Of a stretch of DNA of 64,000 nucleotides, positions 1 through 11,200 are shown in pieces. The translations under genes were made by a program, and so were the position numbers. The DNA lies in IMG/VR virus record IMGVR_UViG_3300025133_000036, positions 68,166-132,165 of that record; one strand, 5' to 3'. Under the pieces are notes generated by a model, which saw only the letters and a list, made by a program, of their open reading frames with translations, ran no database searches and had not been told where the DNA came from. Position 1 is the stretch's first letter; the number at the start of each line of letters is the position of its first letter. This DNA comes from a virus.

Positions 1-1
1 A

Positions 2-361
2 TTTCAACATCAATTTTTAAATAATCAACTTTTGACTATTACTGGGAATGGTGAGCAACGAAGAGATTTTACACACGTATCTGATATAACAGATGCACTT
101 ATATTATTAATGACAAAAAATAACCGAGCGGATATATTCGAGTTAGGACGTGGAAAAAATCATTCCATCAATGAACTAGCAGATATGTTTGGTTTAGAGA
201 AAACTTATCTTCCTCCACGAAAAGGAGAATATGATAAAACACTATGCGACTATACAGTTGCACATGAAAGACTTGGATGGCAACCGTCTTTAGACTTAAA
301 TGACTATATAAATGAGTGGTTGCAAACAAACAACATAAACAAGGAGAATAATCATGGCTGA
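2..361 (+). CDS. NAD-dependent epimerase/dehydratase, C-terminal part (5'-truncated by window edge)
   Basis: Frame is open from position 2. ITGNGEQRRDFTHVSD and FELGRGKNHSINELA are typical of extended SDR nucleotide-sugar epimerases. Confidence 0.85.
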   Translation, partial: FQHQFLNNQLLTITGNGEQRRDFTHVSDITDALILLMTKNNRADIFELGRGKNHSINELADMFGLEKTYLPPRKGEYDKTLCDYTVAHERLGWQPSLDLNDYINEWLQTNNINKENNHG

Positions 362-665
362 AATAAAATTCACCGATGAGGAAATGAAGTCGCTTAATGA
401 GATTCAAACGCAATATAGAAATTTGCAGATGTCTATGGGCGCATTAAAGCTTCAACAAATAGCCCACGAAAAACAACACGAGACACTTGAACAAGCCGAA
501 ACGGATATGTTATTAAAACTGTCCGAAATGCAGAATAGTGAGGCAGACTTAGCTAAAACGTTAAACGACAAGTATGGTCAAGGGTCTTTAGATCCGGCTA
601 CAGGAGTTTTTACGCCGAATGAAGTTCAACCAGTTGCTGCAGATGATAAACCTGCAGATGATTAA
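354..665 (+). CDS. hypothetical coiled-coil phage protein
   Basis: AGGAG RBS, overlaps the upstream stop, heptad-rich 103 aa ending KYGQGSLDPATGVF. Confidence 0.75.
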   Translation: MAEIKFTDEEMKSLNEIQTQYRNLQMSMGALKLQQIAHEKQHETLEQAETDMLLKLSEMQNSEADLAKTLNDKYGQGSLDPATGVFTPNEVQPVAADDKPADD

Positions 666-764
666 CTATCATAAACAGCATTTTGACGTTTAGGGAATAT
701 ATTTATTAAAGAAATATATTGTCTGTAACGACAATCATTAACGTTAATTAACCGGAGAAATTCA

Positions 765-3143
765 ATGGCCGAGAGAATCGTCTCACCAGGCGTATTTACT
801 CGAGAAAAAGACTTGTCATTTCTACCTCAAGGAATTGCAGCTATCGGTGCAGCAATTATAGGACCAACCAAAAAAGGTCCTGCATTTGTACCGACAGTTA
901 TTCGTAATTTTACTGATTTTAAAGAAATGTTTGGAGGTCTATCTCAAGATTTATACGTTCCGTTTACCGTAAGAGAGTACTTGCGCAGTGCTGGTACGGT
1001 AACAATAGTACGTGTTCTTGGATTAGGTGGATATAGCGTAGGACAAATTGCAATTGGAGCTCATGCTTCAGGATCTTCAGGATCTGCCAATTATAAAACC
1101 TATGCCGTGTTAGCACCAAATGCAACGGACGCAACTGCAACTTTTGCAGGAACAACTGTATCAGGTACAGTTGGGGGCTTTGAAGTAGTAAGTGGATCTT
1201 ATGTCACTTCAGCCTCATTAACTACAACCAATGCAAAGTGGGTTGAAAATGTATTTAGTAAAAGTCCATTATCAACAAAAGCTGCTGGCGCTACGGCACC
1301 ATGGTATCTTTATAAAGTATATAAGGCAGCCGCATTAAGTAACTTAACTAGTGCTTCTGCAACCGTAGATACAGAAATAGGAACAATTTCACTAGCCCAA
1401 GATTATCAAAACGCATCAACACCAATGATTACTTCACAAAAAATTGATGGTGCAACTGATGACCTTTTTAAAGTAAAATTAAGGTCACATGGTGAAACTG
1501 ATACTCAAACAAGCTATAAAGTAGGTATCCTCAATGTAAAAAAAGCCGGCACAGTAGCTGGTTCTGATTATGGTACCTTTTCTGTTCAAGTACGCTCAAT
1601 TGATACGCAAACGTGGAAAGAATCTGATGATACAATTGTTGAACAGTTTGACAATTTAAGTATGGATCCAACAGCCGCTAATTATTTTGCTCGTAAGATC
1701 GGTGATAGATATGTAACAATAGACACAAATGGTAAACTCACCTACAATGGTGATTGGCCAAACATGTCTAAATATATTTACATTTCTGATGCTACTGATA
1801 TACAAGCAGGTAATAAGCCTAAGTCGTATGTACCATTTGGTCATGCTGCTGTAATTCAATCACATGTTTCGTCATCAAAAGCAAACTCAAGTTCAGAAGT
1901 AGCCGTATCGTTTACAACTGGACAGGTAAACTCTACAACGTCCGCATTTGACACGACCGTTTTCCATGGCTTTAATTATTCAAGTCAAGATAACAGACAA
2001 TTTCTTGGACCTGTAGACACTGCAGCTAAGGCATATGCAAATGTGACATTCAGCTTGAATGACATGACTGGTCATACCGATGCTACAGCAGCAGATTTTG
2101 CTGGATCTTCAACGTTTGTAACAAGTGCTTCAAATATAGCACTTGGATCTTCAAATGTTGCGCAGCATAAGTTTGTTATCCCTTTCCAAGGTGGATTTGA
2201 TGGAGCTAATCCAGCGAAAGAAAAGAAAACAGCGGGTAATATCACTGCAACCAATCAGCAAGGCTTTGACTGTTCAACTGCAACTGCAAGTGGATCAGTA
2301 GCTTATAAGCGTGCTATGGATGCAGTAAGTAATCAGGACGAGTTTGACATCAATATGCTTGTCACACCAGGCTTGATTTACACATTACATCCAAACCCAA
2401 TCAATCATGGAATATCAGTTGTCGAAGCTAGAGGCGATAGCTTTTATGTATTCGATGCATCTACTTGGTCAGCGAACATATCAGCTACTACTAATGCTGT
2501 ATCAACGCTAGATACCAATTATGCAGCAACATATTATCCATGGGTGAAAGTACTTGATGATAGTATTAATTTGCCAACTTGGGTACCACCTTCAGTAGTA
2601 TTACCAGGAGTATATTCTCAGAACGACAGAGTCGCTCATGAATGGTTTGCTCCTGCCGGTTTGAATAGAGGTGGATTGAGCAACGTAATTGAAGCAAAAA
2701 CAAGATTAACTCACGCCGAGCGTGATCTTCTATATGAAGATAGAATTAATCCTATTGCTTCATTTCCAGGTCAAGGTGTTGTAGTTTTCGGACAGAAAAC
2801 CTTACAAGCTAAACCTTCTGCTCTTGATAGAATCAATGTAAGAAGACTATTAATCAGATTGAAGAAATTTATTGCTTCTTCAAGCAGATATTTAGTATTT
2901 GAACAGAATACTGTTGCTACACGTAACAGGTTCTTAAACATTGTTAATCCTTACTTAGAATCAGTACAGTCCAATTCTGGTCTGTCTGCATTTAGAGTTG
3001 TTATGGATGATTCTAATAATACGCCTGACGTAATAGATCGAAACCAATTAGTTGGTCAGATCTTTGTTCAGCCGACACGTACTGCAGAGTTCATTGTATT
3101 AGACTTCGTTGTACAACCTACTGGAGCAAGCTTCCCAGCTTAA
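765..3143 (+). CDS. contractile tail sheath protein
   Basis: N-terminal SPGVFTREKDLS; C-terminal WFAPAGLNRG, GQKTLQ..SALDRINVRRL, FEQN, PTRTAEFIVLDF are sheath motifs. Confidence 0.97.
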   Translation: MAERIVSPGVFTREKDLSFLPQGIAAIGAAIIGPTKKGPAFVPTVIRNFTDFKEMFGGLSQDLYVPFTVREYLRSAGTVTIVRVLGLGGYSVGQIAIGAHASGSSGSANYKTYAVLAPNATDATATFAGTTVSGTVGGFEVVSGSYVTSASLTTTNAKWVENVFSKSPLSTKAAGATAPWYLYKVYKAAALSNLTSASATVDTEIGTISLAQDYQNASTPMITSQKIDGATDDLFKVKLRSHGETDTQTSYKVGILNVKKAGTVAGSDYGTFSVQVRSIDTQTWKESDDTIVEQFDNLSMDPTAANYFARKIGDRYVTIDTNGKLTYNGDWPNMSKYIYISDATDIQAGNKPKSYVPFGHAAVIQSHVSSSKANSSSEVAVSFTTGQVNSTTSAFDTTVFHGFNYSSQDNRQFLGPVDTAAKAYANVTFSLNDMTGHTDATAADFAGSSTFVTSASNIALGSSNVAQHKFVIPFQGGFDGANPAKEKKTAGNITATNQQGFDCSTATASGSVAYKRAMDAVSNQDEFDINMLVTPGLIYTLHPNPINHGISVVEARGDSFYVFDASTWSANISATTNAVSTLDTNYAATYYPWVKVLDDSINLPTWVPPSVVLPGVYSQNDRVAHEWFAPAGLNRGGLSNVIEAKTRLTHAERDLLYEDRINPIASFPGQGVVVFGQKTLQAKPSALDRINVRRLLIRLKKFIASSSRYLVFEQNTVATRNRFLNIVNPYLESVQSNSGLSAFRVVMDDSNNTPDVIDRNQLVGQIFVQPTRTAEFIVLDFVVQPTGASFPA

Positions 3144-3162
3144 CCCAACTAGGTACACATAT

Positions 3163-3197
3163 AAAAAAGCCCGGACTTAATTGATCTGGGCTTTTTT
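3163..3197 (+). terminator. intrinsic terminator (possibly bidirectional)
   Basis: AAAAAAGCCCGGA-loop-TCTGGGCTTTTTT hairpin flanked by A and T tracts, just after the sheath stop. Confidence 0.8.
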
Positions 3198-3263
3198 ATG
3201 TCTCGTTTTTTCTCCGGTTCCTAATATTTATAATCAAATAATATACTTTAATGGAGAATTAGA

Positions 3264-3752
3264 ATGCCACAATTAATTGATCCGAACGATATAATGTTCA
3301 CACAATTTGAACCGAAAACTCAAAATCGGTTTATCATGTATATAGAGGGAATTCCTGCTTATACAATTAAAGCTGCTGCACGACCAACAATCACATTTGA
3401 ATCAGTTACACTGGACCATATCAATACAAAACGATATGTTAAAGGTAAAGGCGAATGGCAAACTTTAGATATTACACTTTATGACCCTGTTGTACCATCT
3501 GCTGCACAGGCATGTATGGAATGGGTAAGATTATCCCATGAATCTGTAACAGGTCGCGATGGCTACTCAGATTTTTATAAGAAAAATGTTACTTTCAACG
3601 TTCTCGGACCAGTCGGAGATATTGTTGAAGAATGGCAGTTAGTTGGAACTTATATAGAGTCTGCTAACTTTGGTGAAATGGATTGGAGCACAACTGATCC
3701 AGTTAATATTACATTAACACTTCGCTACGATTACGCTATATTACAATTCTAA
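3264..3752 (+). CDS. tail tube protein (T4 gp19-like)
   Basis: Follows sheath; FEPKTQNRF, W..LDITLYDP, GPVGDIVEEWQLVG, LTLRYDYA. Confidence 0.93.
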   Translation: MPQLIDPNDIMFTQFEPKTQNRFIMYIEGIPAYTIKAAARPTITFESVTLDHINTKRYVKGKGEWQTLDITLYDPVVPSAAQACMEWVRLSHESVTGRDGYSDFYKKNVTFNVLGPVGDIVEEWQLVGTYIESANFGEMDWSTTDPVNITLTLRYDYAILQF

Positions 3753-3870
3753 TAATCGTATAATCACATATCAATTAAGAATGAAGTTGTGGCATTCTTT
3801 ATTCGTTAATTGTACCAAAATTGTTATTGTTAGATGTATATATATTAAAGGTTAACATCAAGGAGTTATA

Positions 3871-4683
3871 ATGGCAAAACAACCTATAACAAAGGGCCCT
3901 GTGTCCTCACAGGCGTCTAAGGAAATTGAGAAATCGAAATTTCCATCGGAAATCGTGGATCTCCCTAGCAAAGGTCTTCTTTATCCAAAAGGTCACCCTC
4001 TAGAACAAGGGACAATCGAGATTAAATACATGACTGCTAGGGAGGAAGATATCCTTACATCAAGTAATCTCATACAAAAAGGCCTAGTGATAGATGAACT
4101 GTTAAAATCAGTAATAACAACAAAAGTTAATTTTGATGACTTATTGATTGGAGATAAAAACGCTGTCATGTTAGCAACTCGGATATTTGGATATGGTAAA
4201 AACTATTCAACCGATGTAACTTGTCCTCAATGTGCAAATATTGAAACAGATTGCGAATTTGATCTTACAGCACTAGAGTATAAAGAGATCAACGAAGAAG
4301 ATTATCAAAATGGTAATTCTTTTACGTTTGAACTTCCTAATTCAAAACGAACCCTAGAATACAAATATCTTACACAAAAAGATGAAACAGGTATTCAGAA
4401 AGAACTTGAAAGAGTTTCTAAACATGTTGGAAAAGTTCAACCCGAAGTAACAACTCGTCTTAGATACCAAATTATTAGCGTAGATGGTGAAAAAGATCCT
4501 ACTTATATTAATAATTTTATTCAAAATGAGTTATTCGCAATGGATTCTAGAGAATTTAGAGAACATTATATCGAGTATCAGCCGGATGTTGAATTCGATA
4601 CTGGTTATGCGTGTCCTTCATGTGGTGCAGAAGTTACTGTTGATTTACCGATCTCAGTAAATTTCTTTTGGCCCTCCCGGTAA
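3871..4683 (+). CDS. baseplate hub assembly / tail assembly chaperone (T4 gp26-like)
   Basis: VDLPSKGLLY, IKYMTAREEDIL, two CxxC motifs, terminal FFWP; lies between tube and tape measure genes. Confidence 0.8.
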   Translation: MAKQPITKGPVSSQASKEIEKSKFPSEIVDLPSKGLLYPKGHPLEQGTIEIKYMTAREEDILTSSNLIQKGLVIDELLKSVITTKVNFDDLLIGDKNAVMLATRIFGYGKNYSTDVTCPQCANIETDCEFDLTALEYKEINEEDYQNGNSFTFELPNSKRTLEYKYLTQKDETGIQKELERVSKHVGKVQPEVTTRLRYQIISVDGEKDPTYINNFIQNELFAMDSREFREHYIEYQPDVEFDTGYACPSCGAEVTVDLPISVNFFWPSR

Positions 4684-4862
4684 CCCCGGAATATAGACCT
4701 AAAATACATGAAATGATTTTCCAGCTAAGTTATTTTAGCGAAGGATCAATTTCATTCAGCGAAGCATACGATATGCCGCTACATCTTAGAAGGTTCTATA
4801 TGGATCAACTGGTTAAACAGAAGAAAACAGAAAATGAACGTGTCAACAAGGCATCAAAGTAG
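4668..4862 (+). CDS. small tail assembly chaperone segment (possibly expressed as a -1 frameshift extension of the upstream gene)
   Basis: Overlaps upstream 3' end in the -1 frame; EAYDMPLHLRRFY motif; no clear RBS before the TTG. Confidence 0.6.
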   Translation: MALPVTPEYRPKIHEMIFQLSYFSEGSISFSEAYDMPLHLRRFYMDQLVKQKKTENERVNKASK

Positions 4863-4925
4863 GAAATATTAACATCTTTTCATATTTATTCTTGTACTAA
4901 TCCGTCTAACAAATGGGAGTTTACA

Positions 4926-5174
4926 ATGTCTAAGAAAGATAAAATTGACGAATCATTCATAAGCGATCTTGCAAAAAATGCAGCAGTGTATTTAACTGTA
5001 TCCGCATTAAAGCGCAAAAAATCTAATTTAAACGATGATCCTGTTATGAAACAAATGTTTAATGATCTATCTGATAAAATAGATAAGATCGAAAAACAAG
5101 CTTCAAAACGTATATCACAAATGAGCCCTGAGCAACAAAAAGTAATTGCGAAGGTCTTAAAACAAGCGAAGTAA
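4926..5174 (+). CDS. hypothetical protein
   Basis: GGGAG RBS, 82 aa, between chaperone and tape measure genes. Confidence 0.65.
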   Translation: MSKKDKIDESFISDLAKNAAVYLTVSALKRKKSNLNDDPVMKQMFNDLSDKIDKIEKQASKRISQMSPEQQKVIAKVLKQAK

Positions 5175-5182
5175 CATAACCA

Positions 5183-8100
5183 ATGCCTGCTGCTAAAAAA
5201 GGTAAAGGTCCTAACAAACCGCCTAAACAACAAAGCACTAGTAAGGTGTGGCGGGAATCAATAAAGGCCGCTGGCGAATCTGAAAAAGCATGGAAAAAAG
5301 CTGAGAAAGCTGCTGAAAGTGGGGAAAAAGCTAAAATAGCTGCTGCTAAAGCAGCAAAAGCTGCGTGGGATCAATCTATACAAACCTCTAAAGAGGCTAG
5401 AAAAGAATACTTCGTAGCTAGAAAATACGCAAATACCTTTTATAATGAAGTTATGGCCGGAGCCAAAGCAATTGCCGATCAAGGCGGTGAGTTTGGTAAA
5501 CTAACTGGAAAAGCCAAAAAAACCTGGGCATCTGCCGGTGCAGCCGCACAAAAATATTATCAGAATGGTGATAAAGCTAATTTAAAATCAATGCGAGTTC
5601 TGAAGGACGTTGAAGACAAATTGAATTCAGCTCAAAATGATAAATCACAACTTACCGCTGCAAATCTTGCACTATTAGAAGCAGAAATTTTAACTAAAGA
5701 TCAAATACTCCAATTAGATAAGGAAGATCAAGCTACTGCTGAAAAAATTGTAGAAGTTCAAAAAGATAAGCTTGCTATTTTAAAACGAGAAGCAAAGTTA
5801 CAAGACAAAATAAACGATGCTAAAACAGAAGGCCTAAATATGGTTGAAAAAATGAAACAAGGCTTCCATAATTTAATGTCAGTTCAGGGCCTATTGTTGG
5901 CCGGTGTAACTGCACTTATTGCAGTATTAAAACAAGGCATTGTAAACACGAAGGCGATTAATACTCAATTAGGTGTAGGTGTTGCATCTTCTGCGGCAAT
6001 GGCAAAAAATCTAGCATTTGCCGCTCCACTTGCAGCAGCAGCTGGTTTCAGTGAAGAAATGTCATCTGCGGCAGCAAACGCAGCTTTAGTCTCAGGTAAT
6101 CTAGATTTAGCAAAGAATGCCGCTATCGCAGTTAGCGATGCAGCAATAGCTTTTCAGACTGGAATGGAGCCAGAACAAGTTGCTCAACTAGCAGAAAATT
6201 TAGCAATAACAACAGACCTATCAAGAGAAGGCGCTTCAGCAATGTTAGGATCAGTAGCATCTTTAGCTGAAATGAATAAAGTTGCACCTAAAAAGGTCTT
6301 AGAAGATTTAGCGAACAATGCAGAATCAATGGCAAAATTTACGGATGGAAGTGCAGAGAGCTTAGCTAAAGCAGCAGTTCAAGCCGCAAGACTTGGCATT
6401 GAACTTTCAAAATCTGCTGCTATCGGTGATAAGTTACTCGATCTTGAAGAATCTATTGCATCAGAATTTGAAGCATCTGTATTAATCGGGAAAGAATTAA
6501 ATTATGATAGAGCTAGACAATTAGCTCTAAATAATGATATTGAAGGTGCCGTTGGCGAAATTGTGAATCAATTAGGTTCTGAAGCAGAATTTAATAAAAT
6601 GAACGCAATACAGAGACAGGCACTTGCAGATTCAATCGGTGTCGGCGTTGAGGATTTAGCGTCAATGGTTTCTAAACGTGGCAAAGCAGATTTAGATACA
6701 GGTAGCGATGTCCCGGCGAAACAATTAAAAACGCAAATGGATCTTGTCAAACAAGGTTATATTATGAGTGGTAAAGCAGAAGAGCATTTGGATTTATTAG
6801 GTAATATACTTTCTGCAATTATAGCTCTTGGTGCTGGCCAATTACTCGGTAAACTCACCGGTAGAATGGGAAAAGGAATAGGACGAGCAGTTACGAACAT
6901 GTTAAGTAGAGGAAAAGCAGGAGCTAGACTCGCAAGAATGAGCGGCGGAGGAAAATTTGCGCGCGCTAGAGGTATGATTCGAGGTGCTGCAGGCTCTGGT
7001 TTAGGTAAAGCTGTAGGAATTGCAGGAGCAGCTATTGAAGGATTTAAAGCGTTTGGTAATTTGAAAAAAGGTTTCTTTGACAAAGGTGTTCCTGAAGCTG
7101 AAAGAAATGAAGCCCGAGGTGCAGGTGTTGGTGGCGCTGCTGGACTTGCGATTGGTGCAGTATTAGGCGGTCCAATCGGTGCTGCAATAGGAGGTTTTGT
7201 CGGTAGAAAACTTGGCGGATATATGGGTAAGAATTGGAAGAGTATCAAAAAATTTGGTAAAAATTTAGGTGCTCTAACGAAAAAAGGATTCATAGCAGGT
7301 GTAAAAGGAATTAAAGCATACTACGGCGGAATATATGATTTAGGTAAAAAAGGATTTGAAAAAGGTAAAGAAATATTAGGAGAGTTTGGACCTAAAGTAG
7401 TTGATATGGGTAAAAAGATTGGTGGATTTGGATTGAAAATTCTTAAAACTGCAACACCAATTGGATTAGCTCAAAAAGCAATTGCTGGACTTAAAGATAA
7501 TATGCCAGCAATCAAAGAAGGTTTATCAAAAGCACGAGATACTTTTGTTAACGTGGCAAATTCTATAGGTGAGAAAGTCGGTTCAGGTTTAAAGACTGCA
7601 AAGGACAAATTTGTTAGCGTGGCAAATTCTATAGGTGAGAAAGTCGGTTCAGGTTTAATGGCTGCAAAGAACAAAGCTAACGAATTCAAAGAAAACGTTA
7701 AACAAAAATTCTCATCGGCTATCAACACTGCAAAAAGTAAAATGGCTGAATTAAGTTCAGCTACACACGAAGCTTTAGTTACGAAATTTCAAAGCGTAAA
7801 AACAAAAGTTCAGGAAGTTGCAAATGCTTTACCTGGACTAATTTCTGGAGCATTAAGTAAAGCTGGAGCTCTTCATGCGGCATTTGTTGAAAATGGCGGT
7901 TTAGTGGGCGCAGCAACTGATGCATGGAAGTTCGGGAAGGAATTTGTCTTTGGAAAAGAAAAACAAAAAGAAAAAGGTGGCCCAATTACTAAGTCAGGTA
8001 CGTATCTTGTAGGTGAAGCAGGTCCTGAATTGGTTAATCTCTCTGCTGGATCCCATGTTGTTCCAAATAATAAACTACAAGGAGGTTTAGAACAAGGACA

Positions 8101-8233
8101 ATACGGTGAAGTAGACCTTGAACCTTTAGTTGCAGCAATAATGAGTTTAAAAACTGAATTACAGCAAATTAAAGGACATACTAAAAATACCTCAAAAGGC
8201 GTTTCTAATATTTCAATAGGGAGTACAACGTAA
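5183..8233 (+). CDS. tail tape measure protein
   Basis: 1016 aa, Ala/Gly/Lys-rich and helical; ESIASEFEASVLIGKELN and C-terminal YLVGEAGPELV motifs; canonical position. Confidence 0.9.
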   Translation: MPAAKKGKGPNKPPKQQSTSKVWRESIKAAGESEKAWKKAEKAAESGEKAKIAAAKAAKAAWDQSIQTSKEARKEYFVARKYANTFYNEVMAGAKAIADQGGEFGKLTGKAKKTWASAGAAAQKYYQNGDKANLKSMRVLKDVEDKLNSAQNDKSQLTAANLALLEAEILTKDQILQLDKEDQATAEKIVEVQKDKLAILKREAKLQDKINDAKTEGLNMVEKMKQGFHNLMSVQGLLLAGVTALIAVLKQGIVNTKAINTQLGVGVASSAAMAKNLAFAAPLAAAAGFSEEMSSAAANAALVSGNLDLAKNAAIAVSDAAIAFQTGMEPEQVAQLAENLAITTDLSREGASAMLGSVASLAEMNKVAPKKVLEDLANNAESMAKFTDGSAESLAKAAVQAARLGIELSKSAAIGDKLLDLEESIASEFEASVLIGKELNYDRARQLALNNDIEGAVGEIVNQLGSEAEFNKMNAIQRQALADSIGVGVEDLASMVSKRGKADLDTGSDVPAKQLKTQMDLVKQGYIMSGKAEEHLDLLGNILSAIIALGAGQLLGKLTGRMGKGIGRAVTNMLSRGKAGARLARMSGGGKFARARGMIRGAAGSGLGKAVGIAGAAIEGFKAFGNLKKGFFDKGVPEAERNEARGAGVGGAAGLAIGAVLGGPIGAAIGGFVGRKLGGYMGKNWKSIKKFGKNLGALTKKGFIAGVKGIKAYYGGIYDLGKKGFEKGKEILGEFGPKVVDMGKKIGGFGLKILKTATPIGLAQKAIAGLKDNMPAIKEGLSKARDTFVNVANSIGEKVGSGLKTAKDKFVSVANSIGEKVGSGLMAAKNKANEFKENVKQKFSSAINTAKSKMAELSSATHEALVTKFQSVKTKVQEVANALPGLISGALSKAGALHAAFVENGGLVGAATDAWKFGKEFVFGKEKQKEKGGPITKSGTYLVGEAGPELVNLSAGSHVVPNNKLQGGLEQGQYGEVDLEPLVAAIMSLKTELQQIKGHTKNTSKGVSNISIGSTT
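7544..7675 (+). repeat. tandem 66-bp (22-aa) near-identical duplication within the tape measure gene
   Basis: TTTGTTAaCGTGGCAAATTCTATAGGTGAGAAAGTCGGTTCAGGTTTAA... at 7544-7609 and 7610-7675 (FVxVANSIGEKVGSGLxxAKxK). Confidence 0.9.
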
Positions 8234-11200
8234 TGGCATTAAAGGATTTCAACGCAAGTAAAATTAAAAGTTGGACATACCATGATACGTCTGCGAAAGA
8301 GCCACAAACATTTGATGACATCCATTCAGGTACTATCGTCACTGGACAAAGAGACAAAATTGAAGAGCAATATATGGAAGGTCTGAAAACAACTCAGGAT
8401 GTATCCGCCTATGACATACAATCTGATCCTCCATCAGCCCAAACTTTTCAAGCAGGTACATATACGGTCACCGGTATTCGGGATTTAATTGAGGCGAAAT
8501 TTTTAGAAGGTAATCCATTAACAAGTAAAAATAACGCTACTACATTAGATGACGTAATCGGTTTTAAACCTGATACGGGACAAACATATAACGTTGGTCC
8601 CTACACTGTTACAGGTGATAAAACAAAAATAGAAACACTATTAGATTCATTTGAAGCGGATCCGTTACAATATGTGGATTCATTGGCTGGATATAGTCAA
8701 GTTGTTGATCAAATTGATAGTGCGAACCCACAAATCTTTACTATATCAAACAGTGCCGGAGAATATTCAATAACAGGTTTACATGGTTCTATTGTATTTG
8801 ATGATTTAGATGATTTAAAAACAAAAAGTCTAGTTATAAAAACACTTGGTGATAAAATAGAATCTGCAACAATGCGTTCATGGGCTGCACCAGATGTTAA
8901 TAGTGCACAAAAAGGGTGGAGACAGGTTCCAATTGGACTTAGAGATTTTGGAACAGGTGAACTTGATTCAACTCCAATTAAACTTGGTGGAGATGCGACA
9001 TTCCCAGGGTTTACAGTATATCCTAAAACACCGCAATGGGCCCAATCTGTAACGGAAAACTATACAGATATTATAACAACAAATAGTTTTTATGGCAGAT
9101 TCACTGGAAAATTATCTTCGCTCGCACTCGATAATCCATCAGGTGGAGATTCCGTATTAGGTAACCCGTTTACGTCTGTTGATACACTATTTGGTTTATC
9201 AGCCGGCTTTTATTTAGGCATCCGCGGGATAACGTTAGGTAATATTTTAGGTAAACCTCAATATACTAAGCATACAACTATTTACGGGTATGATGAAAGT
9301 GGAGTTACAGGTGAAGCAGCTTTAGTAGAACCTGATGAATGGGATGGTCAAAGTGACTTTGATCGCGATGAAATGCCAAAAATGATGTATCTGTATGATA
9401 AGTTCATTCTTGGACCCGATACAGTAGACGACCCACATGTGGAAGCTTACCAGTTTAAAGCCGGTCATTTAGGTTTTTCAAAAGACGCATTGCAAGGTGC
9501 ATCAAATTTCGCAGCTGCTGGTGCAAGTTTCGTTATGAACTGGATTCTTAGTTCATTTGATGAAAAATATCCTATAATTCCTACAAGGAATCAAGTTAAT
9601 ATGAAGGGTGCCGGCAAAGATTACTTGTCTCAAACTAGCACAAAATATTTTGATTCTTCAAATGATAAAGCTTCAAGTGATACAAGCAAATCCGTTCCAT
9701 CTTTAGCAACCATTGTATTAAACAGAGATGATTCACCGTTTATTTCACAGACTTTTCTTGATGCATCTGGAACTGATCCGTCAAAGCTTGAAGACGCAGA
9801 CTTAAAAAATAAACCTTTATTAGTAACCTTATATAAAAAATTAATACTAGATGGCAGTCAAATACTTGGTGATGAATATAAAACATTATTTGATAAATCT
9901 GCACATAAAAGCATGTTTCCAAATTCATCGGTATTACCACAACATCCTCAAGGTGGAACAGCACAAGGTAAAGCATATACAGATTCTCAAAAATATGTTT
10001 CACAAGCCGAAAAACCTAGAACATATCAAGGCGATAAAGCAACAATAGCTGGAGGAGATAATCCATTTTTATTTTATTCAAAACACTCCACAACAAATTT
10101 ACGATATGACGTAGACGGCGATACAGAATTATCATCAAGATATGATACAAGTGAATTCGCAAAACATGAGGTTCTTAAAGGTTTTATTGCAACTGGAAGC
10201 TTAGACCATACGAAACCTATGAAAAGTAAACTTGTTGATAAAATTGAAAATGATATCACATCGCCACTTGGCTTTACAGATGATGATTCAGCAGGTAAAA
10301 TTCCAATCGTTGGACGTAAAAAATTAACAGAAAAGGGTCATGCATTACCATATGACAAACTTGGAAAAGAAAAAAATAGAAAATATGGTGAAATATTAAT
10401 GAGCCCAAGTGAATTCGCGGCGGTTGAAGAACTTCCAACTGAAGTAGCTGGACTAGTTAAATTAAACGAGAATAAACAACTAGATATGACCAGTACAGAA
10501 CCTAAATTTGCTAGAAATGAAGGAGCTAAAAAAGTTTATAACATTGGAAAAAATGGTTTTGTTAAAATAGATCCGGCCAGTACACAGACAACCTCTGTAT
10601 ACGATGATGCACTTGGGTTAGTCAAATTAAGTGGTGATGGTGATAACAAGTATAAAACAGATCACATTGATAAAGTTAATATGGTTGCTTACCGGAATTC
10701 TGAGGATGATCATAGCGTTGGAACATATGAAGACTTAGATTTTGTGCCATTAGTATTTCAAGATGTTTACAATGAAAAGGATATAGTATTTAGGGCTATC
10801 CTTGGTGCTATAGAAGATAAACATACCCCAGATTGGGAAGAACAGAGTTTTATCGGCAGACCAGTAAAGAGTCATGTATATAAAGGAGTCGATAGAGAAA
10901 TAAGTTTTGACTTTAAAGTTTATCCTAAAACAAAACAAGAATTTCCTGTTTTGCTAGAAAAAGTAAATTATCTTTCAGGGTTAGCATATCCAAATTTAGA
11001 TCAATATTATAGAATGTCTGGACCATTATGTAAATTAACACTTGGAGATATCTGTAAACGTCAATTAGGCTTCTTAAGTGATATTAGTGTTACATTTCCT
11101 GAAGACAGTCCTTGGGAAATTCAAAAAGGATTAAGATTTACGAAACTGATCAATGTTGCCGTTACTTTCAAATATATTGGCGGATACATCCCAGTTTCAA

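Noticed and set aside
5258-7985. Antisense ORFs within the tape measure gene (also 17603-18277, 51610-51993 and similar)
   Set aside because: Shadow ORFs of well-supported + strand genes, with no RBS or motifs.
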